This document shows, in pieces, positions 1 to 8,400 of a DNA stretch of 20,000 nt (position 1 is its first letter; the number at the start of each line of letters is the position of its first letter). The notes below the pieces were generated by a model. The model was not told the DNA's origin. It did not search any database and saw only the letters and a list, made by a program, of their open reading frames with translations. The DNA comes from a bacterium (lineage in GTDB: Bacteria; J088; JAWLBW01): positions 57,672 to 77,671 of the forward strand of contig JAWLHK010000023.1 of assembly GCA_041690355.1 (NCBI GenBank), in the 5' to 3' direction. A program made the position numbers and the translations under genes.

Positions 1-423
1 CGCTTCTACAGCATGTCGTCGCAGATTCGGAAGGAGCGCGCCGCCTACTATGACATTCTGGAAAGGACCCAGAAAGGCGGTCTTGATATTACGCCATGGC
101 TTGCATGGTTTCTCGGCTGTCTTGAACGCGCCATCGCCGGCGCCGAGACGGTCGTGGGTGATGTACTCCACAAGGCCGAGTTCTGGAAACGGCACGAGCG
201 CACGCCGTTCAACGGTCGACAGCGCCAGATGCTCGTGCGCCTGCTCGACGGCTTCGAGGGGAAGCTCACGTCGAGCAAGTGGGCCCAACTGTGCAAGTGC
301 TCGCAGGATACGGCGTCGCGCGACATCGACGACTTGATGGAGAAGAGCGTGCTCAAGAAGGACCCCGGCGGCGGGCGGAGCACGAGTTACTCCCTCGAAC
401 CGTTCCCGGCAGCGCAGAAGTAG
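1..423 (+). CDS. Fic family protein, C-terminal part (5'-truncated by window edge) with C-terminal winged-helix
   Basis: Frame is open from base 1: RFYSMSSQIRKERAAYYDILERTQKGGLDITPWLAWFL...LLDGFEGKLTSSKWAQLCKCSQDTASRDIDDL...GGGRSTSY, the typical C-terminus of Fic/DUF4172 proteins. The Fic catalytic motif would lie upstream of the window. Confidence 0.88.
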   Translation, partial: RFYSMSSQIRKERAAYYDILERTQKGGLDITPWLAWFLGCLERAIAGAETVVGDVLHKAEFWKRHERTPFNGRQRQMLVRLLDGFEGKLTSSKWAQLCKCSQDTASRDIDDLMEKSVLKKDPGGGRSTSYSLEPFPAAQK

Positions 424-673
424 GAATGAACGCGATTCGCCCCTCGGACGCTTGCCTGCCAGGCGACTGCGGATGCAATCCCCGATCTGTACTACGTTTC
501 GAATGGATTGAGAGAAGGGAGTTAAGCGAGCGTTGAGGGCAGTTTGGGGAACGCGGGCCCGAACGAGCATTCCAATGGCCTGCTATTACTGCGGGACGAC
601 CCGCCTTCTGAAAAAGCTCCCGCCTGCAGCCACAAACGCTACGGATGGCCCGGTTTCACCCGCCACGCCAGTC

Positions 674-703
674 TTGCAACCCGCCATCGGCTTGCGCTAA
701 GGT
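674..703 (+). promoter_or_regulatory. Candidate sigma-70 promoter for the serine hydrolase
   Basis: TTGCAA-N18-TAAGGT ending 42 nt upstream of ATG 746; purine-rich GGAAGGAAGGAA precedes the start. Confidence 0.35.
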
Positions 704-745
704 GACGCATCCCAAGCAGCGTGACCGGGAAGGAAGGAACGGTTT

Positions 746-1957
746 ATGAAGCGGACCGCGCTTGAACGATGGGGCCGTGTGACCGCTGCGGCGGCGATTC
801 TGGCGTGCCTGAACGCCTGTGCGTCGAACCCGGATCCCGACGCGCCGCGCGCACCGATCGACGCCGGGTCCGCGCCAGACTGGATCTCCGTGTCCCCATC
901 GGCCGTGGGGCTCGACGCCGCCGCACTCGAGGCCGCGAGGGCTTACGGGTTTCAGGCTGAATTCTACACGCAGGCCATCCTGGTCGTGCGTCACGGCTAC
1001 CTGGCCGCCGAGTGGTATGCCGAAGACTCGGATCGCGATGCGCTGGCCGCCAGCTGGTCGATCGGAAAGAGCTTCACCGCGACGCTCATCGGCATGGCGA
1101 TCGAAGAGGGCAAAATCGAAGCGGTCGACACGCCGATGACCACGTTCATCCCCGCGTGGATTGACGCCGACCGCGCAGCGATCACCTTGAAAGACGTCCT
1201 GGCCATGTCGTCGGGTCTCGACTGGGTCGAGGACTACGAGCAGCTCAACGGCGACGCGGGCGTGTCCGACATCATGCTGATGGTCCTCGAGGACGACCCC
1301 CTGCGCGTCGCCCTCGAGCAGCCGGTGCGCCACCCGGCGGGCGAGGTGTGGAACTATTCGAGCGGCGACACCATGCTGCTGGGGCACGTGCTGCGCCAGG
1401 CCACGGGCAAGACGGCGGCCGATCTCGTCGAAGAAAAGCTCGCGCGGCCGATGAACTTCCGCAACCTGCGCTGGTGGCGTGACGCCCAGGGCGACACGTA
1501 TACGTTCTGCTGTGTCGACGCCACCGCGCGCGACTTCGCCAAATTCGGGCAGCTTTACCTGCAGCGCGGCGTGTGGGGCGGCGAGCAGCTGGTGCCCGCG
1601 GCCTGGATCGACGAGGCCACGAGCCCGCAGGCGCGCGCGAATCCGGGTTACGGCTACCAGTGGTGGCTGAACCACCCCGACGCGGAAGATGGCAACTGGC
1701 CGTCAATACCCTCGAGCACCTACTTTGCGCTGGGGCACAACGGTCAGTACATCGCCGTCTTTCCCGAGCTCGACATGGTGGTCGTCCGGCTCGGGCAATA
1801 CATCGTGCCCGAGACCACCGATTGGGTGGCCAGAGACGGGCTGTTCGCCGCCGGCGTCTTCTCGGACAAGCTCGGTCCGACGGGCACGCGGGGACCCGAA
1901 GGCGAGTGGAACGAGGATCACTTCTTCGGGCTGGTCGCTTCAGCCGTGTTGAAGTAG
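746..1957 (+). CDS. Serine hydrolase, class C beta-lactamase / NylB-like family, predicted lipoprotein
   Basis: SxxK motif (SWSIGKS), YSS motif (WNYSSGDT), ARDFAKFGQLYLQRGVW and ALGHNGQ; N-terminal signal peptide with lipobox-like LNAC. Confidence 0.9.
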   Translation: MKRTALERWGRVTAAAAILACLNACASNPDPDAPRAPIDAGSAPDWISVSPSAVGLDAAALEAARAYGFQAEFYTQAILVVRHGYLAAEWYAEDSDRDALAASWSIGKSFTATLIGMAIEEGKIEAVDTPMTTFIPAWIDADRAAITLKDVLAMSSGLDWVEDYEQLNGDAGVSDIMLMVLEDDPLRVALEQPVRHPAGEVWNYSSGDTMLLGHVLRQATGKTAADLVEEKLARPMNFRNLRWWRDAQGDTYTFCCVDATARDFAKFGQLYLQRGVWGGEQLVPAAWIDEATSPQARANPGYGYQWWLNHPDAEDGNWPSIPSSTYFALGHNGQYIAVFPELDMVVVRLGQYIVPETTDWVARDGLFAAGVFSDKLGPTGTRGPEGEWNEDHFFGLVASAVLK

Positions 1958-2148
1958 CGACCGGCGGGATTTCAATCGCCGGCAGCGCGGGAGGCGTGCA
2001 CCGGGAGCCGAACTACTCCGTCCAGCAGGGGCGCCGCGCGGTACTCCGCATTCTCGAGCCGCATCCTGAATGGCCCCCCTTACTTCCACCACGAAGAAGG
2101 AGAGAGGGCGCATACACCCCATGCACCGCTGACCCGGCCATCGAACCC

Positions 2149-2157
2149 TGCTAGGAT
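2149..2157 (+). promoter_or_regulatory. Candidate extended -10 element for the VOC gene
   Basis: TGCTAGGAT (TGn-TAnnAT) about 30 nt upstream of GAGGAG RBS plus ATG 2190. Confidence 0.35.
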
Positions 2158-2189
2158 GGGCTCATCCAGACTTCCCCCGAGGAGACCCC

Positions 2190-2603
2190 ATGAGCGAGAT
2201 CGCACTGAGCCCGTATCTGAACTTCGACGGCAATACCCGCCAGGCCATGGAGTTTTACCAGCAGGTGTTCGGCGGCCGGCTGAGCCTGCAGCGGTTCGGC
2301 GAAGTGCCCGGCATGCAGGTGCCGCCGGGGTACGAAGACAAAATCGTGCACGCCCGCCTCGACGCCGACGGCATCACGATCATGGCCTCCGAGGGCCGGC
2401 CGGGCGGCACGGTGAATTTCGGCGACAACGTGAGCCTCTCGCTCAACGGGGCCGACACAGCGAAACTCACCGGAATCTATGAACGCCTGGCCGAAGGTGG
2501 AACCGTCGTCATGCCGCTCGCTCGCCAGTTCTGGGGCGACACGTTCGGCATGGTGACCGACCGGTTCGGGGTGCACTGGATGGTGAACATCGCGGGGGGG
2601 TGA
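2190..2603 (+). CDS. VOC family protein (PhnB/YjdN-like glyoxalase/bleomycin-resistance fold)
   Basis: LSPYLNFDGNTRQAMEFYQQVFGG, IVHARL, IMASE, L.EGG.VVMPL...FWGDTFGMVTDRFGVHWMVN; RBS GAGGAG. Confidence 0.92.
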   Translation: MSEIALSPYLNFDGNTRQAMEFYQQVFGGRLSLQRFGEVPGMQVPPGYEDKIVHARLDADGITIMASEGRPGGTVNFGDNVSLSLNGADTAKLTGIYERLAEGGTVVMPLARQFWGDTFGMVTDRFGVHWMVNIAGG

Positions 2604-2721
2604 TTCTCCCCTGGGCTCCCGTCTTGAAGGGGCAGAACCGTCAACATAATCTTCGGCATGCACCGGAGCCCCCACGGCCCGACCGGATAGAATATCTGCA
2701 TCCGAAACCCCCGGAGCGACC

Positions 2722-4155
2722 ATGACCACCGAGACCCGCAAGCGCGTGAGCGCTTTCACCAACGACGCGCTCGGAACCCTCGACGCTGTCGGCATTGCCG
2801 CGGCCATCGCCGCGGGCGACGTCTCGGTTGCCGAAGTGACCGAGGCGGCCATCCGGCGGGCCGAACGGGTCAACCCGGCCTTGAACGCCGTCGCGCAGCC
2901 CGCGTGGGACGATGCACGGCAGGGACGCTACCTGCGGCGCGACGGGGCGCTCTACGGGGTGCCCACCTTCATCAAGGACAACGAGCCGCTCGCGGGATAT
3001 CCCACGCGCAAGGGGACCGGCGCTTTCGTCGCCCGCACCGAAAAGCGGCACAGCAAGTACGTGCGCCAGTTCCTCTCGACCGGCCTGAACTGCCTGGGCA
3101 AGTCGACGTTGCCGGAATTCGCCTTCATCTGCAGCGCCGAAAACGAGCGATGGGGCATCACGCGCAACCCCTGGCACACCGACTACACGCCGGGCGGCTC
3201 GTCCTCGGGGTCGGCCGCGCTGGTTGCGGCGGGAGTCGTCCCCATCGCTATGGCGAATGACGGGGCCGGCTCCACCCGTCTGCCCGCGTCCTGCTGCGGG
3301 CTCGTCGGGCTGAAGCCGTCGCGCGGGCGGGTGCACGCGCTGCACGGCACCGAAGCCCTGCCCGTGCAGATTACCTACAACGGCGTCGTCACCCGCACGG
3401 TGCGCGACACGGCCGCCTACTTCGCGGCGGCGGAACGCTACTACCGCAACCGGCGCCTGCCCGAGATGGGGCACGTGCAGTCGCCGCTGCGGCAACGGTT
3501 GCGCATCGGTTTCTTTGAAAACGTTCCTGAAGGGCGGCAAGGGCATATGGATGCGGACACCTGTCGCGTGCAGCTCGAGACCGCGCGGCTGCTCGAGTCG
3601 CTCGGACACACGGTTGAGCAGGTACCCGTGCCGCTCAACGTCGAGAGCATGGCCGGGCATTACCTGAATTACTATGGATTCCTCGCGTACATGAGCATCC
3701 GCTTCGGACGCCTGGTGCACGGCGCGCCCGTCGACGCCTCGGTGCTCGAGCCGTTCACGCGCGGGCTCATGGACACCTTCAAGCGGAACTATTCCCAGCT
3801 TCCCGGCAGCCTGTTGACCCTGAAGCGTGCGGTGAATCAGACGGCTCAGGCGCTCGGCGAACGGTTCGACGTCGTCATGACCTGCGTCACCACCAAGACC
3901 ACGCCGAAGATCGGATACTTCTCGCCCGCCCTCCCCTTCGAGGAGATTTCGCGACGGGCGGCCGACTTTGCCACCTTCCTCCCGATGTTCAACTTCTCGG
4001 GGTCGCCGGCCATTGCGCTCCCCCTCGGCGTTGCCGAGAGCGGCATGCCTGTCGGCGTGCAGTTCGCCGCCTCGCTCGGGCAGGACCGGCTGCTGCTCGA
4101 GCTCGCCCTCGAGCTCGAAGCGGCCCGGCCGTGGAGAAGCCTGGCCGACGCGTAG
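2722..4155 (+). CDS. Amidase (amidase-signature family)
   Basis: GVPTFIKD (catalytic Lys), [64 protein letters not shown]. Confidence 0.95.
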   Translation: MTTETRKRVSAFTNDALGTLDAVGIAAAIAAGDVSVAEVTEAAIRRAERVNPALNAVAQPAWDDARQGRYLRRDGALYGVPTFIKDNEPLAGYPTRKGTGAFVARTEKRHSKYVRQFLSTGLNCLGKSTLPEFAFICSAENERWGITRNPWHTDYTPGGSSSGSAALVAAGVVPIAMANDGAGSTRLPASCCGLVGLKPSRGRVHALHGTEALPVQITYNGVVTRTVRDTAAYFAAAERYYRNRRLPEMGHVQSPLRQRLRIGFFENVPEGRQGHMDADTCRVQLETARLLESLGHTVEQVPVPLNVESMAGHYLNYYGFLAYMSIRFGRLVHGAPVDASVLEPFTRGLMDTFKRNYSQLPGSLLTLKRAVNQTAQALGERFDVVMTCVTTKTTPKIGYFSPALPFEEISRRAADFATFLPMFNFSGSPAIALPLGVAESGMPVGVQFAASLGQDRLLLELALELEAARPWRSLADA

Positions 4156-4278
4156 GCGAGCGCGCGGGGGCGGATCCGCTTCCGCATGCCTGGTGGAATT
4201 CCCTCTCGCTTCCGTAAAGCGTGCTTGGCGCTTCCGGCGCGTGCGGCGGCCTGGCGGGGGTAACGCATGCCCCGCCGC

Positions 4279-4287
4279 TGGTACACT
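4279..4287 (+). promoter_or_regulatory. Candidate extended -10 element
   Basis: TGGTACACT upstream of GAGGT RBS and ATG 4306. Confidence 0.4.
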
Positions 4288-4305
4288 GTCGCGACGAGGT
4301 AGCCG

Positions 4306-4749
4306 ATGTCCTTCGCCCAGCAGATCTCGCTGACGTTCGCGTTTGTCTTCTTCCTCACCGGCCTGCTGACCGGGATCTGGAAGTATCTGCACATGGCCCG
4401 CTCGCCGGATGCGACGGCGCCGGTCTATGTGGATATCGCCCACCGCAGCGCGCTGCTCTACAGCTTCGCGGCGCTGCTCCTCGGGGTCTTCGCCTCCCAC
4501 AGCGTTTTTCCTGACGTGGTCAATACCGTCGCGGCCCTGGCCGCCCTCACCTACTTTGCGCTGGCCATCGGCACCTACGTGCTGCACGGCATGCTGCGGG
4601 ACACCGACAATCAGCTGCGCCGGCCGCACCGGATAGGCGCCCTGCTGCTCCCCCCGTGGGTTAGCGCTACGTTCATGGGACTTCTCATCCTTGCGGAAGT
4701 AGGTGGAACGCTCGTCCTGGGCATCGGCGCCATGCTGTCCATTTGGTAA
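4306..4749 (+). CDS. Four-TM integral membrane protein of unknown function
   Basis: Four hydrophobic segments, motifs LLTGIWKY, YVDIAHRSALLYSFA and HG...DTDNQ; GC3-rich codon usage; RBS GAGGT. Confidence 0.8.
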   Translation: MSFAQQISLTFAFVFFLTGLLTGIWKYLHMARSPDATAPVYVDIAHRSALLYSFAALLLGVFASHSVFPDVVNTVAALAALTYFALAIGTYVLHGMLRDTDNQLRRPHRIGALLLPPWVSATFMGLLILAEVGGTLVLGIGAMLSIW

Positions 4750-4853
4750 GACCGCCCATGGGTCGCCAGGCGTGCCGCCGGCATGAAGGCGATACCAAGT
4801 CTCGGCAGAGCGCCTTTCCCCTCAAATTTGCTAAGATAGTGCGGGGAGGGCGA

Positions 4854-5102
4854 ATGGATACGAAGACCTTAGCGACCGACATCCAAGCGCCGGCCAAAGG
4901 TAGTGGACCGGAGCCGGCGACACTTTTCTCCTACCTGGTGTTTCCGTTGATGCTGGGTGGGGGGCTCGTCTGTACTTATTTCTTAGGGCAGAACGCCTCT
5001 GACCCCATGACCGTCGCCATCGTCGTTTCACTCTCGTCGTTGGCGATCAGCCAGGCCATGGCGCCATTCCAAAAGAGCGACATCAGCAAGCCGCAATCAT
5101 GA
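4854..5102 (+). pseudogene. Short 2-TM ORF, probably the truncated N-terminus of a larger membrane protein
   Basis: Extended -10 TGCTAAGAT (4829-4837) and RBS GGGGAGGG precede ATG 4854; 82 aa with two TM segments, then an abrupt end. Confidence 0.4.
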
Positions 5103-5109
5103 GGGGCCG

Positions 5110-5461
5110 ATGATCGGTCAAGGGTTTCGCCTCTATTCCGTCGTCAGCGCCATCGGCCTGATCATCGGCGAGTCGTGGTTCGTCTTCACGACCGACAAGT
5201 ACCCGCCGCTTTGGCTCGACGATTACCTGGCCGCAAGCCGCGATGTTGACGGCCGCAGCCTTGTGGCGCCGCCCGTACGGCCCGGCGCTGCTTCTGGCAA
5301 GCTGGGTGTTCGTGCTGGGGAACCTCTACGCCATGCTCTTCACGCGGTTGGAACCGCTGAACCCGGCGGGTCGTCCGTGGAAGCTGCTTGCGGTACTCGT
5401 CGTCTGGGCGGCTGTCTCATCCCTGGTGGCGCTCCGGCATACGATTCGAGCTCCTCAATAG
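5110..5461 (+). pseudogene. Small 4-TM membrane protein split by a +1 frameshift (or a sequencing error)
   Basis: The 5110 frame gives TM-like MIGQGFRLYSVVSAIGLIIGESW...WLDDYLAA. Removing one A at 5235/5236 continues into AMLTAAALWRRPYGPALLLASWVFVLGNLYAMLF...RAPQ* (stop 5461). RBS GAGGGG. Confidence 0.7.
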
Positions 5462-8400
5462 TACGGACCAAACGTCTTCACATCCCCTTCCTTGATCGCG
5501 CCCGGCGGCAACAATTCGCCCGAGCCATCGGAATTCATGAAGCCCACGATCTCGGTCCCCATGACGAAGAGCTGATCGTAGATGACCTGACTGGTTCCAT
5601 CCGGGTAGAGCTTCACGCGGAAGACGTTATGCGTGGATTGGTGCTTCTGGCCCCCGAGATCCCAGTACAGCAGCTCAAAGTGGTGGCCGGTAACATCCGT
5701 GGCTTCGCGCGTGTACACATTGGAGGGGTACACATTCCCGTACGAACCACGGTTCGGGTTCAAAAAGTGATATCCCCACCACGGAGCAAAGACGGCCTTG
5801 CCAAGCGACAAGCCTGCACCATCGAGTAACGCGTCAACCGGCGTTCGCGATTTTGTCGAGAGGCCAGAGCCAAAGACGATCAAGCCGTCATGCGTGACCT
5901 CAATCGTTTCGTGGTACGCGCCATCGGCAGGGAACGCGAACGGCAGTGCAAGGTTGGCCACCCCATAGTTCAAGGCAACCGACTGGTAATTCGAGAAATC
6001 GATGTCATGCCCCACGGCACTGACCGGGAAGCGCACGGGGGCATGGGAACCATCCACCGGTTCCACAATCAGCCATCCCTCTTTACGCTCCCCCGCTTGG
6101 ATTTGGCTGCCATGGTAAGTAATCGTAAACGTTTGGAGCGTCGAAAGTGTGGGCGACACGCTGAAGAACGATTCGCTTGCCGTGACCTTGTATACCGGGT
6201 CGTTAGCGCATGGAATTAAATCGAAATCAAAGGAGGAGTCCACGCCGTTGACGGGGTATTCGGTCAGGAGTTCCGTGCTGGAGACTAACGGAGCGGCCGC
6301 GGGTATGGCGGTCTTCAGATAGGCACTGTTGCCCGAACCGCCCACAGGCCGGGCATAAAGCCACAGCGTGGACTTACCGCACGCGATCGTCCCTGCAACA
6401 TGAACGGGAATGGTTACCGCATCGGGCGAGATGGCCCGCCTTAAAACGTTCGGTCCAGGGGAGAGGAAGGAGGTTCCATCGGATGCAACGGCCCGAAAAT
6501 AACCATCCACATCGCCATTGACGTCATAGGTAAAGTTGGCCACCAGGTCGTACGTCGGCGTGGTGACCCCTTCGCTTAACGGAATGGAAATCGAACTGAG
6601 TTTCACTTCGATTGAAGACCCGACAAACCAGTAGCTATTGTAAGGTGACAACCCGGTATTCACCCAGTCGGTCCCTCCGGAGGGTTCATTCACGACCCCT
6701 TGCAGTACGACCGTGCCGCAGCCGGGCGCAACCACGGCGCTCGAAATGGCCCCGGCAAAGGTGGAGGAGAGCGTGATGGTGCGTTCCGCGGAGGCGGAAT
6801 ACGAAACCACTGCCGAGACCGGCGTGGTGACGCCAATGGGCACGGTTGCACCGTGACCGGGCGTGATGCTCGTAACCGTCTCGTAATCGGTCACGCCGCA
6901 CTGCACACTCTCGGGCATTAGACGCTCCGGACCGTGGAGCACCAGGATTTCCATTAACGCGGGGGCGCTCAACGAGCCGTCGGAAACGTTGACGAGCAGG
7001 GCATCGGTACCGGTGAACCCGGCGTTGGGCGTGTACGAGACTTTTCCGCCTTCCGATACGGTGGCGACGCCCGAGCCGGGCGCGACTGCTAACGTGTAGG
7101 TAACCGGATCGCCATCGGGGTCGCGGGCGGCGACCTGGGCCGTGCCGGTGACCCCCGCTTGCGTCACGATGCGGCCGGCAACCGGTTCGGGCGCATCATT
7201 CACGGGCGTGATGGTGACCGCCACCACCCCGGCCGTAGACGAAACGTAGCCATCATGGACCGCGACCTCGATTGTGTCGCTGCCGGAAACCCGGCCGGCG
7301 TGATAGGTGATTTCCAGACCGTTCACGGTCACATAGCCCTTGGCCGGAAGCACCGTGACTGCGCCGGCCAACGGATCGCCATCGGAGTCGGAACCGCCCA
7401 GCGTAAAGGTCACGGAACCGCGCTCGGCAAGCGTCAAACTCGTTGGTGCGGTGAGGAGCGTCGGGGCGCTGTTCACCAGGTTGACGGTGATGCTTACTGT
7501 GCCGGCGGCGACGGAAGACAAGTCGCCGTCAAATGCCTTGTACGCGAATGAGTCGATCCCATAAAAACCATGGTTCGGTCGATAATAGAAGGTTGCAGTG
7601 TCGGCGCTCAAGGTTACCGAGCCGCCGAAAGGTGGGGCCGAAACATAGAACGTGACCGGGGAGCCTTCGATCGGATCGGTTCCGCTCAGCACGCCGGCGA
7701 CAGGTGTATCGTCGTCGGTAACGTAAGAGGGAGATGACGTCACGACCGGCGGGTCGTTGACCGGACGCACGACGATGTCCACGGTACCGTACTCGGTGCG
7801 CAAGCCGTCGGTGATCATGACGGTGAACGCATCGGGTCCGTTATAGTCGATGTCGGACTGGTAAGTAAATCCGCCATAGGTCGGCTCCACCGTAAGCGTG
7901 CCGTGCGTCACATCGGTGACGACCGAAACCGACAGCATGACCGGATCGGGATTAAACAGCGGACCGTCAAATTCGCCGCTGACATCTTCATCCGCGTATA
8001 CCGTGACGTTGCGCGCGTACCAGGCGTCAGGCACCGGCGTAACGTTGATTTTCAGCATGGCCGGCAGGCTCGTTTGGGTGCCATCGGAAACTTGATACTG
8101 GAAGATCGCCGTACCGGAAAAATCGGCCGTCGGCACGAACGTAAAGTCGCCGGTCTGCGGGTCGTTGATCGTAATCGAGCCTGCGGCATTCGAAGCCGGC
8201 GTGAGAAAGGTAAGCGTGTCGCCATCGGGGTCGCTGCCAAGCAGAGTGCCCTGCACCGACGTATCTTCTGCCGTGGTGACGACGAGTGGAAATAGCGTGC
8301 TACTCGAAACACGCGTAAGATTCGCGGTAGGATAGGCAATGTGGCCGTTGCCCGAAGCGTCCGTTTCGGGGCCCGTCGTATCATTGAACGGCCAGTAGCC

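Noticed and set aside
424-660. Possible ncRNA or gene relic after the Fic gene
   Set aside because: No recognisable structure, repeat or coding signature.
4164-4185. Hairpin after the amidase as an intrinsic terminator
   Set aside because: The stem is present but there is no U-tract, so support is insufficient.
2641-4629. 662-aa minus-strand ORF
   Set aside because: Antisense shadow of the amidase and membrane-protein genes.
5035-5093. Minus-strand peptide GLLMSLFWNGAMAWLIA as a remnant of another membrane gene
   Set aside because: Too short to distinguish from chance without a database search.
5462-5829. C-terminal part of the 239-aa ORF starting at 5110
   Set aside because: Out-of-frame run-on after the frameshift, antisense to the lipoprotein gene.
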